A DNA stretch of 56,212 nt from Methanocellales archaeon (lineage in GTDB: Archaea; Halobacteriota; JAWCLZ01). Both the position numbers and the translations under genes were made by a program. Under the pieces are notes generated by a model. It saw nothing but the letters and a program-made list of their open reading frames with translations. It was not told the origin of the DNA and did no database searches. This document shows positions 17,970 to 27,202 of the stretch, piece after piece. Position 1 is the stretch's first letter; the number at the start of each line of letters is the position of its first letter. The DNA is taken from the NCBI GenBank assembly GCA_038850285.1, contig JAWCMA010000003.1, positions 1 through 56,212 of the forward strand, given 5' to 3'.

Positions 17970-18947
17970 CTATGCTAAGAAAGGTTTCCCCTTCGCCCTT
18001 CTTTTTAAAGCCTGCCAAGCTATATAGGCCGCGCCTAGTATACCAGCGTCATCGCCAAGCTCGGCCTTAAGCAGCTTTATCCTCTCGGCCGGTACCTTAA
18101 ATGCCCTTTTTCTCATCTCGAGTTTCGCGCTTTCTATGAAAAAATCATAGGCAGAGGCTATGCCTCCCCCAATTATGATCGCTTCCACATTGAAAATATT
18201 AACAAAAGTTGCTAAGCCGATGCCTAGAATCCTCCCAACTTCTTGCCAGATTTCAACGGCTGCTAAATCGCCGCGTAGAGCTGCTTCATAAACAAGCTGT
18301 GGAGTTATATTCTGCCTTTGTTTTAAAGTGCTAGGGTGTTTAGCTTTTTTAGCCATTCTCATTATACCCCCTGCAGATATATATGCCTCTAGGCAGCCTA
18401 GATTGCCACATTTACATTTCAAGCCATCTGGATAAATTGTAACGTGCCCGAGCTCGCCAGCAGTGCCATCTATGCCCCTCCAGAGTTCATTGTTCAATAT
18501 AATTCCACCTCCAACTCCAGTACCAATTGTAAGGCAGAGCAGCGAACTAAAACCTCTACCCGCTCCAATCCATTTCTCCCCCATAGCATAGGCATTGGCA
18601 TCGTTCTCCAAGAAAACCGGTAGAGCTAGTTCTCTCTCCAACTCAGCTTTCAAAGGAAAGTTCTCAGAATAAGCAAAATTCGGGGATTGAAGCAGTATTC
18701 CATTTTTAAAATCAATTGCACCTGCCATTCCCAGTGCAACTCCAGCAATTTTATATTCCACTGCAAAACCTCGAGCAGTTGAAACAAGGTTTTTAACCAC
18801 AGCTCGCATTCCCCTCTCAGCTTCTGTGCTGCATTTTCTCCGGCACACGATATTTCCCTCGCAATCAACCAATGCTGCTTTAATATAAGTACCCCCGCAG
18901 TCCATACTTACAATCAATTCCCTGGCTTTCAATTTTCCACCCTTCAC
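17970..18947 (-). CDS. ROK-family sugar kinase (glucokinase-like)
   Basis: N-terminal DCGGT ATP motif, ROK signature CKCGNLGCLEAY, GGGI near the C-terminus. Confidence 0.9.
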   Translation of the reverse strand: MKGGKLKARELIVSMDCGGTYIKAALVDCEGNIVCRRKCSTEAERGMRAVVKNLVSTARGFAVEYKIAGVALGMAGAIDFKNGILLQSPNFAYSENFPLKAELERELALPVFLENDANAYAMGEKWIGAGRGFSSLLCLTIGTGVGGGIILNNELWRGIDGTAGELGHVTIYPDGLKCKCGNLGCLEAYISAGGIMRMAKKAKHPSTLKQRQNITPQLVYEAALRGDLAAVEIWQEVGRILGIGLATFVNIFNVEAIIIGGGIASAYDFFIESAKLEMRKRAFKVPAERIKLLKAELGDDAGILGAAYIAWQALKRRAKGKPFLA

Positions 18948-18975
18948 CTCATCCAGAATTTCCTATAACCATAAC

Positions 18976-19299
18976 TTAAGCACCCATATTATAAATGGCT
19001 ATGCTTAACCAGATCGCATTGGAGATCAAGCCCGCTATAAGCAAATTTACAGCCATCTTGGGGTTGATTTTTCTGAAAAATAAATAGCCTATTAATCCTC
19101 CAGCGATCCCAAATAAGACTGGAAGAAGATACCACCATAAACTAGCTTGCCGCTCAATGCGCTCTCCAAATTTTGCACCTGCGCACTCTCCGCAGTAATT
19201 CTTTCCACCCACCTGTTCCAAGCATTTATAGCAAATGGGTTTGCTGCAGTTAGTACAAATAGCAGTGGCTTGATTTTGAGGATGATTCACGCATTTCAT
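18976..19299 (-). CDS. membrane protein with N-terminal B-box-like zinc finger
   Basis: CVNHP...CTNC...CYKC...CGEC is followed by two hydrophobic helices. Confidence 0.55.
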   Translation of the reverse strand: MKCVNHPQNQATAICTNCSKPICYKCLEQVGGKNYCGECAGAKFGERIERQASLWWYLLPVLFGIAGGLIGYLFFRKINPKMAVNLLIAGLISNAIWLSIAIYNMGA

Positions 19300-19322
19300 A
19301 GCTGCATTTCAAAATATTCTAT

Positions 19323-20294
19323 TCAGGTCTTTCTTGGCTTTCCCTCCAATGTGAATTGAGCAAGCAGTGCTTCAAGCTGTATGCGCTCATTTGCACCTTC
19401 AGTTAGTCTGAAATCAGCTTCTCCTAAAAGCTCGATCAATCTCACTTTAACTTCATCGCGCACACCTAGCTCAAAAATGGTTCGGTGAATTTGATCCACA
19501 ATATCCTCTCCTGAGAGACCATATTCTATTAATAACACATCTAGCATCTCTCGCGCTTTAAAAAAATCGCCATTTAAAGCAAGTTCCACGAGCTCGCGAA
19601 TTTCCTCAGGTCGAGCAGTTGCAGCGATCATGTAAATGGTATTCGCATCAATCTCGCTGCTCAGCACTGAAGCTGCCTGCAGTACATTTATAGCACGCCT
19701 AAGATCGCCTCGAGCAATGTATTCAATTGCTTCAAAGCCCTCTCTAGTTATATGAAGTTTCTCCTGCTGAGCTATCTGCTGCAGTCTTTTTCTAATTGCC
19801 TTATCGCTAATTGGTCGAAATCTATAAACTGCACATCGAGATTGAATTGGCTCAATTATTCGACTTGAATAGTTGCAGCTCAAGATAAATCTACAGGTGG
19901 TTGAGTACTGCTCCATCGTTCGCCTTAAAGCAGATTGAGCGTCCTCAGTTAATTGATCTGCTTCATCGAGGAAAATTATTTTAAATCTAGCCTCACCAAG
20001 AGGAGCAGTTCTAGCGAAGTTTTTGATCTTGCTGCGCACCACTTCTATGCCGCGTTCATCACTGGCATTGAGCTCAGTGAAATTACTATGCCAGGCTTCC
20101 TCGCCATATAGCTCGCGTGCAATGCAAATAGCGCAAGCGGTTTTTCCCACGCCAGGCGGACCTGCGAATAGCAAATGAGGTAGATTTCCACTTTTAACAT
20201 AAGACCTCAATCGCTTCACAATCTCATCCTGCCCAACCACTTCATCTAGAGTGCGAGGGCGGTATTTCTCAGTCCAGATCTGCTCTCCATCCAT
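19323..20294 (-). CDS. rfcS: replication factor C small subunit
   Basis: Walker A GPPGVGKT, Walker B DEAD, SRC motif (QSRCAVYRF). The length of 323 aa indicates no intein. Confidence 0.95.
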   Translation of the reverse strand: MDGEQIWTEKYRPRTLDEVVGQDEIVKRLRSYVKSGNLPHLLFAGPPGVGKTACAICIARELYGEEAWHSNFTELNASDERGIEVVRSKIKNFARTAPLGEARFKIIFLDEADQLTEDAQSALRRTMEQYSTTCRFILSCNYSSRIIEPIQSRCAVYRFRPISDKAIRKRLQQIAQQEKLHITREGFEAIEYIARGDLRRAINVLQAASVLSSEIDANTIYMIAATARPEEIRELVELALNGDFFKAREMLDVLLIEYGLSGEDIVDQIHRTIFELGVRDEVKVRLIELLGEADFRLTEGANERIQLEALLAQFTLEGKPRKT

Positions 20295-20427
20295 GCCGCA
20301 AAACTATAAGAATTTTAGACTTATAGTTATTTTGTTTATCCAGCTTTATCCCAGTTTGCTTATCTCAGAGCAAGTCCTAAAATATTATTATAGGAATTAT
20401 AAGAAATAAAGATCTGGAGGAAGCAAG

Positions 20428-20643
20428 CTGATAGAAATCAATAAAAACTTCTGCAAAGGCTGCCAGATCTGCGTGCATTTTTGCCCGAAAGGCGTATTTA
20501 AAACTGCAGATGAGCTTAATTGCTTCGGTTACTACTTCGTCTATCCTGCAGCAGTTGAAAAATGCATAGGTTGTGGAATCTGCGAAAAATACTGCCCTGA
20601 TTTTGCAATCAAGGTTGAGAAGGAAGGGGGGAATAAGAAATGA
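20428..20643 (+). CDS. 2-oxoacid:ferredoxin oxidoreductase delta subunit (2x[4Fe-4S] ferredoxin)
   Basis: Not in the ORF track. Hand translation gives (L)IEINKNFCKGCQICVHFCP...CIGCGICEKYCPDF...KK*, with two CxxCxxCxxxCP motifs. The stop TGA 20641-20643 overlaps the alpha-subunit ATG (ATGA). GGAGG is at 20416-20420. No ATG, GTG or TTG is available, so the start is placed provisionally at CTG 20428. Confidence 0.8.
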   Translation: MIEINKNFCKGCQICVHFCPKGVFKTADELNCFGYYFVYPAAVEKCIGCGICEKYCPDFAIKVEKEGGNKK

Positions 20644-21761
20644 AGAGAGCGCTTATTCAAGGGGCAACTGCCTGCGTAGAAGGTGCAATAGCAGCTGGCT
20701 GCAGATTCTATGCTGGCTATCCTATTACGCCTTCTTCTGAGATAATGGATCTATTTGCAATTCGAATGCCTGAGGTCGGAGGAGTTTTCATTCAAATGGA
20801 AGATGAAATTGCAACTATATCCGCAGTCATAGGTGCATCTTGGGCGGGGAAGAAAGCTATGACTGCTACCTCTGGCCCAGGGCTTGCTTTGATGCAAGAG
20901 AGCATAAGCTATGCTGCCATGACTGAGACGCCTATTGTTATCGTGGATATTCAGCGTGGAGGCCCTGCAACTGGTACACCAACTTTACCTTCGCAGGGTG
21001 ATGTACTCAGCGCTCGCTACGGGGGGCACGGGGATTATGAAATCATCGCTTTATGTCCTGCATCGGCTCAGGAGATGTTTGATTTCACTGTGAAAGCATT
21101 TGAACTAGCGGAGAGATTCAGAGTTCCAACTTTCATCTTGAGCGATGCAATAATAAACCACTTGAGGGAGCAAATTATAATTAGAGAGGACATAATACCC
21201 TATGAGAGAAAAGAGCCTTTCCAGAGTGAAATTGGATTTCCATTTAAGCCAAGAGCAAATCTCGTGCCGCCTATGCATACTTTTGGAAAGGGCTATAGAT
21301 TGCACATCACTGGCTTGGTTCACGATGAATCTGGCTTCCCAGTTACCTCTGATTTGAAGTTATATGAAAGGCTAATTCGCAGGCTAAGTGATAAGGTCAA
21401 TAAAAATAAGCGTGAAATAGTGGAATTTGAGGAACTCTGGCTTGAGGATGCTGAACTCGCTGTGCTCTCATATGGCGCAGTAGCTAGAGCTTGTTATTCC
21501 GGAGTGGAAATTGCTCGAAGGAGAAAGCTGAAAGCTGGCCTGCTTAGATTAAAAACCCTCTGGCCATTTGACTTCGAAGGGATAAAGAGAAAAATTGGAG
21601 CTCGAAAGGTACTTGTGGCTGAGATGAACAATGGTCAAATCTATAGCTTATTGAGACCTTGGTTCAAACACTGCTATAGCCTGAGAACCTTTGGAGACAT
21701 TCCAACACCTGAAAAGGTTTATAAAAAACTGAAAGATCTCTATGGACTACGAACTCCTTAG
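20640..21761 (+). CDS. 2-oxoacid:ferredoxin oxidoreductase alpha subunit
   Basis: Family-typical GYPITPSSEI and the N-terminal pyrimidine-binding domain. The gene is coupled to the delta and beta genes. Confidence 0.9.
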   Translation: MKRALIQGATACVEGAIAAGCRFYAGYPITPSSEIMDLFAIRMPEVGGVFIQMEDEIATISAVIGASWAGKKAMTATSGPGLALMQESISYAAMTETPIVIVDIQRGGPATGTPTLPSQGDVLSARYGGHGDYEIIALCPASAQEMFDFTVKAFELAERFRVPTFILSDAIINHLREQIIIREDIIPYERKEPFQSEIGFPFKPRANLVPPMHTFGKGYRLHITGLVHDESGFPVTSDLKLYERLIRRLSDKVNKNKREIVEFEELWLEDAELAVLSYGAVARACYSGVEIARRRKLKAGLLRLKTLWPFDFEGIKRKIGARKVLVAEMNNGQIYSLLRPWFKHCYSLRTFGDIPTPEKVYKKLKDLYGLRTP

Positions 21762-22563
21762 ACTTGATCGCTTACCCACGATGTGGTGCGAGGGCTGTGG
21801 AATAGGCATAGCTCTCAAGGCGCTGCTTGAAGCAATTAGCGATAGAGATAAAAATAAAAGCGTCATAGTCTCAGGGATTGGCTGCGCAGGTCGAGCAGCT
21901 TCCTATGTCAATCTTGATTCAATTCATACCCTGCATGGTAGAGCAATTCCAGTTGCAACTGGAATAAAACTTGCAAATCCAGATTTAAAGGTAATTGTCT
22001 TCTCAGGCGATGGCGATCTCTTCTCCATAGGCGGCAATCACTTGATTCACGCCGCTAGAAAGAATATAGATATACTAGTGATCGCTGTGAATAACAATAT
22101 CTATGCAATGACCGGTGGGCAAATGGCTCCAACTACGCCTAAAGGAATGATCACTAGAACCACGCCCTATGGCAATGTAACAGGCAAATTTGATGTAGCT
22201 GAAATGCTTGCAGCACTGGATGTGAACTATGCAGCTAGATGGACAACTTATCACGTGGATAACTTGGTGAAGTCCATTAAAAAATGCTTGGATAAAGAGG
22301 GCTTCTGCTATGTTGAAGTGGTAGCTCAATGTCCAACTGTATTTGGGGTTTTAAATAACATGCCCAAGGGCTATCAAATCATGGAGTGGTATAAATGGAA
22401 TTCCATTTATGTAGAGGAAGCTAGGAGGATGGATAAACATTTAATTGAGGATAAAATCGTCATAGGCGAATTTGCTGAGAACAATAGAAAAGGCTTGGTA
22501 AGGGTATTTCAAGAGCGCATTCAAATGCTGAGGCTGACTGAGCTTGGCAAGAAAAGAGGTTAG
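21742..22563 (+). CDS. 2-oxoacid:ferredoxin oxidoreductase beta subunit (TPP-binding)
   Basis: WCEGCG N-terminal Cys motif and the TPP motif SGDGDLFSIGGNH. Confidence 0.9.
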   Translation: MDYELLRLDRLPTMWCEGCGIGIALKALLEAISDRDKNKSVIVSGIGCAGRAASYVNLDSIHTLHGRAIPVATGIKLANPDLKVIVFSGDGDLFSIGGNHLIHAARKNIDILVIAVNNNIYAMTGGQMAPTTPKGMITRTTPYGNVTGKFDVAEMLAALDVNYAARWTTYHVDNLVKSIKKCLDKEGFCYVEVVAQCPTVFGVLNNMPKGYQIMEWYKWNSIYVEEARRMDKHLIEDKIVIGEFAENNRKGLVRVFQERIQMLRLTELGKKRG

Positions 22564-23071
22564 ATTCGCAGGGGTAGGTGGTCAAGGAATATTATTGATG
22601 GCAGTGCTCTATGCTAGAGCAGCGAGCAAAAAAGGCTACTATGTTACAAATTTGCCTGAATATGGAGCTGAAAAGCGAGGCAGTCTTTCAACCTCAGATG
22701 TTGTCATATCTCATCAAGAAATAGGCTTTCCCAAGTGCCTCAGACCAAGTATGCTTGTGATAATGCATCAAAAGGGCTATGATGCAAATTTAGTTTTTAT
22801 AGAGAAGGCAAAAAAGCTTTTATTGGATAGCGATATGGTTCAAGTTAAGGTTAAAGGATTGCTCATTCCTGCCACGCGAATAGCGCATAGCGTTGGCAGC
22901 AAGATGACCGCTAACATAGTTATGCTTGGCGCATTAGCAGCCGTGGATGAAACAATAGATCTAGCTAGCTTGCTTGAGGCAATAGATGAAACACTGCCAA
23001 GTGCGAGTATTGCAATTAATTTAAAAGCATTGAATGCTGGTTATGGATTTATGATAAAGAGCAAGAGATAA
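22544..23071 (+). CDS. 2-oxoacid:ferredoxin oxidoreductase gamma subunit
   Basis: RFAGVGGQGILL motif, 175 aa. The delta-alpha-beta-gamma order resembles OorDABC/Kor-type operons, but I cannot tell the substrate. Confidence 0.85.
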   Translation: MARKEVRFAGVGGQGILLMAVLYARAASKKGYYVTNLPEYGAEKRGSLSTSDVVISHQEIGFPKCLRPSMLVIMHQKGYDANLVFIEKAKKLLLDSDMVQVKVKGLLIPATRIAHSVGSKMTANIVMLGALAAVDETIDLASLLEAIDETLPSASIAINLKALNAGYGFMIKSKR

Positions 23072-23076
23072 ATAAA

Positions 23077-23232
23077 ATGAGACTAATCATCGGTAGAAAA
23101 TATATGACGAAGAAGTCAACAGTTCAAGAGATCGTTGAAATTAGATATAAAATGATCTTAGCAATTGCATTTTTAATTCTAGGTCTGCTTGTGGCATCAG
23201 CGGTGCTCTGGTATATATTCAAGAAGCTCTAA
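23077..23232 (+). CDS. possible 51-aa single-TM mini-protein
   Basis: Hand-translated MRLIIGRKYMTKK...ILAIAFLILGLLVASAVLWYIFKKL*. It is below the track's size cut-off. Confidence 0.25.
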   Translation: MRLIIGRKYMTKKSTVQEIVEIRYKMILAIAFLILGLLVASAVLWYIFKKL

Positions 23233-23366
23233 GTTCTGGAGACTTTTTCCTCTCCACACTGCGGGCATTTAACTGGAAATTTATCTGGATCTTCTTGAAA
23301 TATGAAGCCGCATACATTGCAGATAAAGAATACCTTGCTTTGATCTAATTCATCCTCGCGCGGCAT
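23229..23366 (-). CDS. possible 45-aa rubredoxin-like zinc-ribbon mini-protein
   Basis: Hand-translated MPREDELDQSKVFFICNVCGFIFQEDPDKFPVKCPQCGEEKVSRT*, with CxxC...CxxC. Its stop overlaps the stop of the convergent mini-ORF. Confidence 0.4.
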   Translation of the reverse strand: MPREDELDQSKVFFICNVCGFIFQEDPDKFPVKCPQCGEEKVSRT

Positions 23367-23419
23367 CAATTAATAATTTAACATTTTATTATAAATCTTT
23401 TTATATGATTTTTATATGA

Positions 23420-24619
23420 TTATGATGGCTCGGTATACTGGCTCGGTAGGTGCAGCTTGCCTCTCTCCATTATAACATGCTTCTCCCCGCTGAGGTATTC
23501 AACTTCAATGGTTGCCTTTGCCTCGGTTACGAAGTCCCAGTGTAAATTTGATTTATTCACACCACCATAGCCTTGATTATCGCCAATGGCAACGTGCACC
23601 GAGCCGCCGATTTTCTCATCCGTTAATATATAGCCAATTGCTCTATCGATCATCGGATTTAAGCCAATGCCAAGTTCTCCAATTGCGATAGCATTTGCTT
23701 GATTATATTTCTTCAAATCCAGATCAAGCATTCGCTTCACAGTATCTTTAAGCGCTTCCTCCCCTTCTTCCGCGCTGCATTCCTCAAGTATTAACCTGCC
23801 ATTTTTAAACACCAGAGTAGCGCCTTTTATAATCTCCTCAGTTAACTTATCAATTGTTAGAGGGCAGTAGAGCTTTCCCTCCCCATAGGTTTCAACTGGG
23901 GCTATAAATACCTCCCCAGCTGGCAAGTTCCCGCCTAGATCGCCAGCTCTATGTTTTTCCTCAGTAGCAATGCCATCGTCAAGGTTAATCCTCCGCCCAG
24001 TTATTTCTAACTTTAAATCCGTGCCCTTAGTATCTTTAATATGCACATATCGAGCATTTTCCAGCATTTTCCTCAATGCCTCGCAATTACTTCTCAATTT
24101 ATCGTGGTCTATCAAACAGCCGCCTAGAATTAAGCGCTTTAACTCGCGATGAGAAATGCGATATTTCCTCGCCATAGCCCTGCTTGGCCAGCCCATGTAG
24201 AGCCACTTCTTCCCGGGCTTTGAATATATTATTTCTCTAATTGGAGATCTGCCCTCTCTATAAGCTGCAAGTTTTACTCTATGGCCAAGTAAAATACTGG
24301 GATCCTCATAGGGCTCAATAACTATATAGCCATCGATTGCCTTAACTAGTTCAATTTCATGGCGAGGCGCGGTTTTGAACCAGTCTTCTGGGATTTCTTC
24401 AAGCAAGCGCTTGAAGTAGTGATCGCTGGATGTGGAGATAATTGGATATGCACCTAGCAATGCAGATTGAAATGCAATTTCCTCCACAAAAGCTTGAGTG
24501 TGAATGCCGCTTTTTATATATAAGCAATCACCTGGTTTAACAAGCAGTGCTCTTAAGGCATTTTTAGCAAGCTGAGTTAAATTTATATCGCGCAAAGAAT
24601 TCTCTCTCAATTTTTTCAT
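23420..24619 (-). CDS. aminopeptidase, M29 (AmpS/aminopeptidase T) family
   Basis: GGNLPAGEVFIAP, LGIGLNP and HWDF segments are typical of M29 thermophilic metallo-aminopeptidases. Confidence 0.88.
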   Translation of the reverse strand: MKKLRENSLRDINLTQLAKNALRALLVKPGDCLYIKSGIHTQAFVEEIAFQSALLGAYPIISTSSDHYFKRLLEEIPEDWFKTAPRHEIELVKAIDGYIVIEPYEDPSILLGHRVKLAAYREGRSPIREIIYSKPGKKWLYMGWPSRAMARKYRISHRELKRLILGGCLIDHDKLRSNCEALRKMLENARYVHIKDTKGTDLKLEITGRRINLDDGIATEEKHRAGDLGGNLPAGEVFIAPVETYGEGKLYCPLTIDKLTEEIIKGATLVFKNGRLILEECSAEEGEEALKDTVKRMLDLDLKKYNQANAIAIGELGIGLNPMIDRAIGYILTDEKIGGSVHVAIGDNQGYGGVNKSNLHWDFVTEAKATIEVEYLSGEKHVIMERGKLHLPSQYTEPS

Positions 24620-24667
24620 AAATTCATGAAAAAGCTTTTCTCCAGCTTAATACTTCTTATTAAAAAG

Positions 24668-25714
24668 ATGATCGAGGAAATTCGCGCATTAGTTTCAATA
24701 GATGCCCCACCTGGATTTGAAGCCCCCCTTAGAAACTATCTAGCGGGTGAAATGAAAAAATATATTCAAGAAGTGAAGGTGGATCGCTTTGGAAATCTCA
24801 TTGCAGTTAAACCATCGAAGTCTAAGAATCCCGCTAAAATACTGCTAGCCGCACATATGGATGAAACTAGCTTCATCATTCGAGATATAGATGAAAATGG
24901 ATTCATAGCTTTCAATGAATTAGGAAGTTGGTCAGATCAAGCTGTTTTAGGAATGCTGATAAAAATTTTAGGCGAAAAAAGAGCAGTGCTAGGTACAATA
25001 GGAGCTAAGCCTCCTCATATTATGACCGAGGAAGAGCGGAGTAAGCTAGTTAAAATTGAAGAAATGTTCATAGACACTGGCTTGACAAGGCAGGAGCTTG
25101 AAGAAGCTGGGGTGAGAATTGGCTCGCCAATTGTTCCATTTTCCAATTTCCAAGTGCTCAATGAAAGAAGAATCATGGGAAAGGCATTTGACAATCGCAT
25201 TGGATGCACTGTTTTACTTGAAACTGCCAAGCGCCTCGAGGGAGAGGAATTGAATAGCGAAGTTTATTTCATCTTCACTGCTCAAGAAGAAGTTGGATTG
25301 CGGGGTGCAAAAACCGCTATCCATGGAATTGAAGCTGATGCGGCATTTGTATTTGAATGTACAGTTGCAGGCGATATCCCGAGCGTGGCGAGGAAAGACT
25401 CGCCCTCAGAGCTTGGCAAGGGTGCTGCAATTACAGTTATGGATAGATCGTTGATCACTCAGCCTAATTTACTTAACTATGTTTTTTCCCTGGCAAAAGC
25501 AAGGGGAATAAAATATCAAATTAAAAAACCCCCATCAAGTAGAACTGATGCTGGGGAGATACATCTAGCTAAAGCCGGGATACCAACTGCGGTTATCTCA
25601 GTGCCATGTAGATATATTCATTCAAGTGCTAGCATAGCTGACTTGGAGGATGTTGAAAGTGCTATAGCTCTTGCAATAGCAATTCTAAAGGACTTCTCAA
25701 GAGAGCGATTATAA
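24668..25714 (+). CDS. M42 family peptidase (TET/FrvX-type aminopeptidase)
   Basis: DRFGNLIA, AHMDE, FTAQEEVGLRGA and CRYIHS motifs. The start is placed at ATG 24668 (MIEEIRALV...). The track's start at 24626 leaves only 6 nt to the divergent gene. Confidence 0.9.
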   Translation: MIEEIRALVSIDAPPGFEAPLRNYLAGEMKKYIQEVKVDRFGNLIAVKPSKSKNPAKILLAAHMDETSFIIRDIDENGFIAFNELGSWSDQAVLGMLIKILGEKRAVLGTIGAKPPHIMTEEERSKLVKIEEMFIDTGLTRQELEEAGVRIGSPIVPFSNFQVLNERRIMGKAFDNRIGCTVLLETAKRLEGEELNSEVYFIFTAQEEVGLRGAKTAIHGIEADAAFVFECTVAGDIPSVARKDSPSELGKGAAITVMDRSLITQPNLLNYVFSLAKARGIKYQIKKPPSSRTDAGEIHLAKAGIPTAVISVPCRYIHSSASIADLEDVESAIALAIAILKDFSRERL

Positions 25715-25727
25715 ACAGGGTGAGAAA

Positions 25728-26330
25728 ATGGTTAAAATTGGCATAATCGCTCTTCAAGGCAGCGTGGAAGAACATATTGCTGCGATGAAAAAAGCACTGC
25801 AGGAGAGAGGAGGAGGCGAGGTTGTGGCTATAAAGCATCGAGGCATAGTTCCAAGCTGCGATGCAATTGTTATTCCAGGGGGTGAAAGTACCACTTTAAG
25901 CAGGCTTGCGTGGCGCGAGGGAATCGCTGAGGAAATAATAGAAGCTGCAAAGCAGGGAAAGCCCGTTTTAGGCACCTGTGCTGGTTTGATATTACTCGCG
26001 AGATATGGAGATGGGGAAGTGGCTAGATCTGGACAGAGGCTTTTATGCCTCATGGATATCCACGTGAATAGAAATGCCTTCGGGCGCCAGAGGGAATCTT
26101 TTGAGGTGGAACTGGAGATAAAGGGCTTTGATAAGCCTTTCAACGCAGTTTTCATTCGAGCACCAGCCATAACTAAAGTTGGTGAGGGAGTTGAGGTCTT
26201 GGCAAGATATAATGATTTCATAGTTGCAGCTCAACAGAGCAATCTACTTGCGCTAGCATTTCACCCTGAATTAACCAGCGATCTCCGCCTGCATCATTAC
26301 TTTTTAAGCTTCCTCAAGCAAAAGCAATAA
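25728..26330 (+). CDS. pdxT: pyridoxal 5'-phosphate synthase glutaminase subunit
   Basis: IGIIALQGSVEEH, GGESTT, catalytic GTCAG, C-terminal FHPE. Confidence 0.93.
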   Translation: MVKIGIIALQGSVEEHIAAMKKALQERGGGEVVAIKHRGIVPSCDAIVIPGGESTTLSRLAWREGIAEEIIEAAKQGKPVLGTCAGLILLARYGDGEVARSGQRLLCLMDIHVNRNAFGRQRESFEVELEIKGFDKPFNAVFIRAPAITKVGEGVEVLARYNDFIVAAQQSNLLALAFHPELTSDLRLHHYFLSFLKQKQ

Positions 26331-26395
26331 GCTATATCAAGCTATATATCAAGTTATATCTATGTCATTATCTATATCAATATCAAAGTTAAAGC

Positions 26396-27202
26396 ATGAT
26401 GATAGCCATTTTAGGCCCTGAGGGTACGTTTTCTGAGAAGGCAGCTAAAATTTGGAGGAGAAAAGCAAAGCTGAAGTATTTCAATGATATCCCGGAGATA
26501 TTCAAAGAGGTAAGCGAGGGAAAGGTCGACTTCGCCATAGTACCTATCGAGAATTCCCTAGAGGGATCTGTGATTGCTACTTTGAATCTGCTGCTTGAGT
26601 CTGATTTGAAGATCGCTGGAGAAATAGTCATTCCCATAGATCACTGCTTGCTTTCCAAGGGAAAGCTTTCAAGTATAAAGGTCATTGTCTCCCATCCTCA
26701 AGCGTTGGCGCAGTGTAGCAGGTTTTTAAAATTAAAATTTCCCAATGCGGAGTTAAGAACTGTTGGAAGCACAGCTCATGCTGCTAAATTAGCCATGGAA
26801 TTTGAGGAAATGGCAGCTGTGGCTTCAGAGGAGGCTGCGGGTAAATATGGCTTGAATGTTTTAATGCGCGAGATTCAAGATGAGAGGGAAAATTACACTC
26901 GCTTCGCAGTACTAGCTAAGGAAATTCCCCGGCCCAGCAAAAGAAATAAAACCTCAATTGTGGTGCATTTGAAGGAAAATCGACCTGGAGCGCTATATGA
27001 ATTTTTAGGCGTATTTGCAAAGCGAAATATAAATCTAACTAAGATTGAATCCCGTCCGAGTAAAAAAGCGCTTGGAGATTATTTATTCTTCATTGATTTC
27101 GAGGGACATATAAGAGATAGAGCTGTTGTGGAGGCACTTGAGGAAGCCGAGGAGATGGTGGATAACTTAAAGGTGCTTGGCTCTTATCCAGCTGCACGCT
27201 AG
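26396..27202 (+). CDS. pheA: prephenate dehydratase (PDT + ACT domains)
   Basis: LGPEGTFSE N-terminus, NYTRF, TKIESRPSKK motif. Confidence 0.92.
   Translation: MMIAILGPEGTFSEKAAKIWRRKAKLKYFNDIPEIFKEVSEGKVDFAIVPIENSLEGSVIATLNLLLESDLKIAGEIVIPIDHCLLSKGKLSSIKVIVSHPQALAQCSRFLKLKFPNAELRTVGSTAHAAKLAMEFEEMAAVASEEAAGKYGLNVLMREIQDERENYTRFAVLAKEIPRPSKRNKTSIVVHLKENRPGALYEFLGVFAKRNINLTKIESRPSKKALGDYLFFIDFEGHIRDRAVVEALEEAEEMVDNLKVLGSYPAAR

Noticed and set aside
25754-26221. 155-aa minus-strand ORF
   Set aside because: It is antisense to pdxT.
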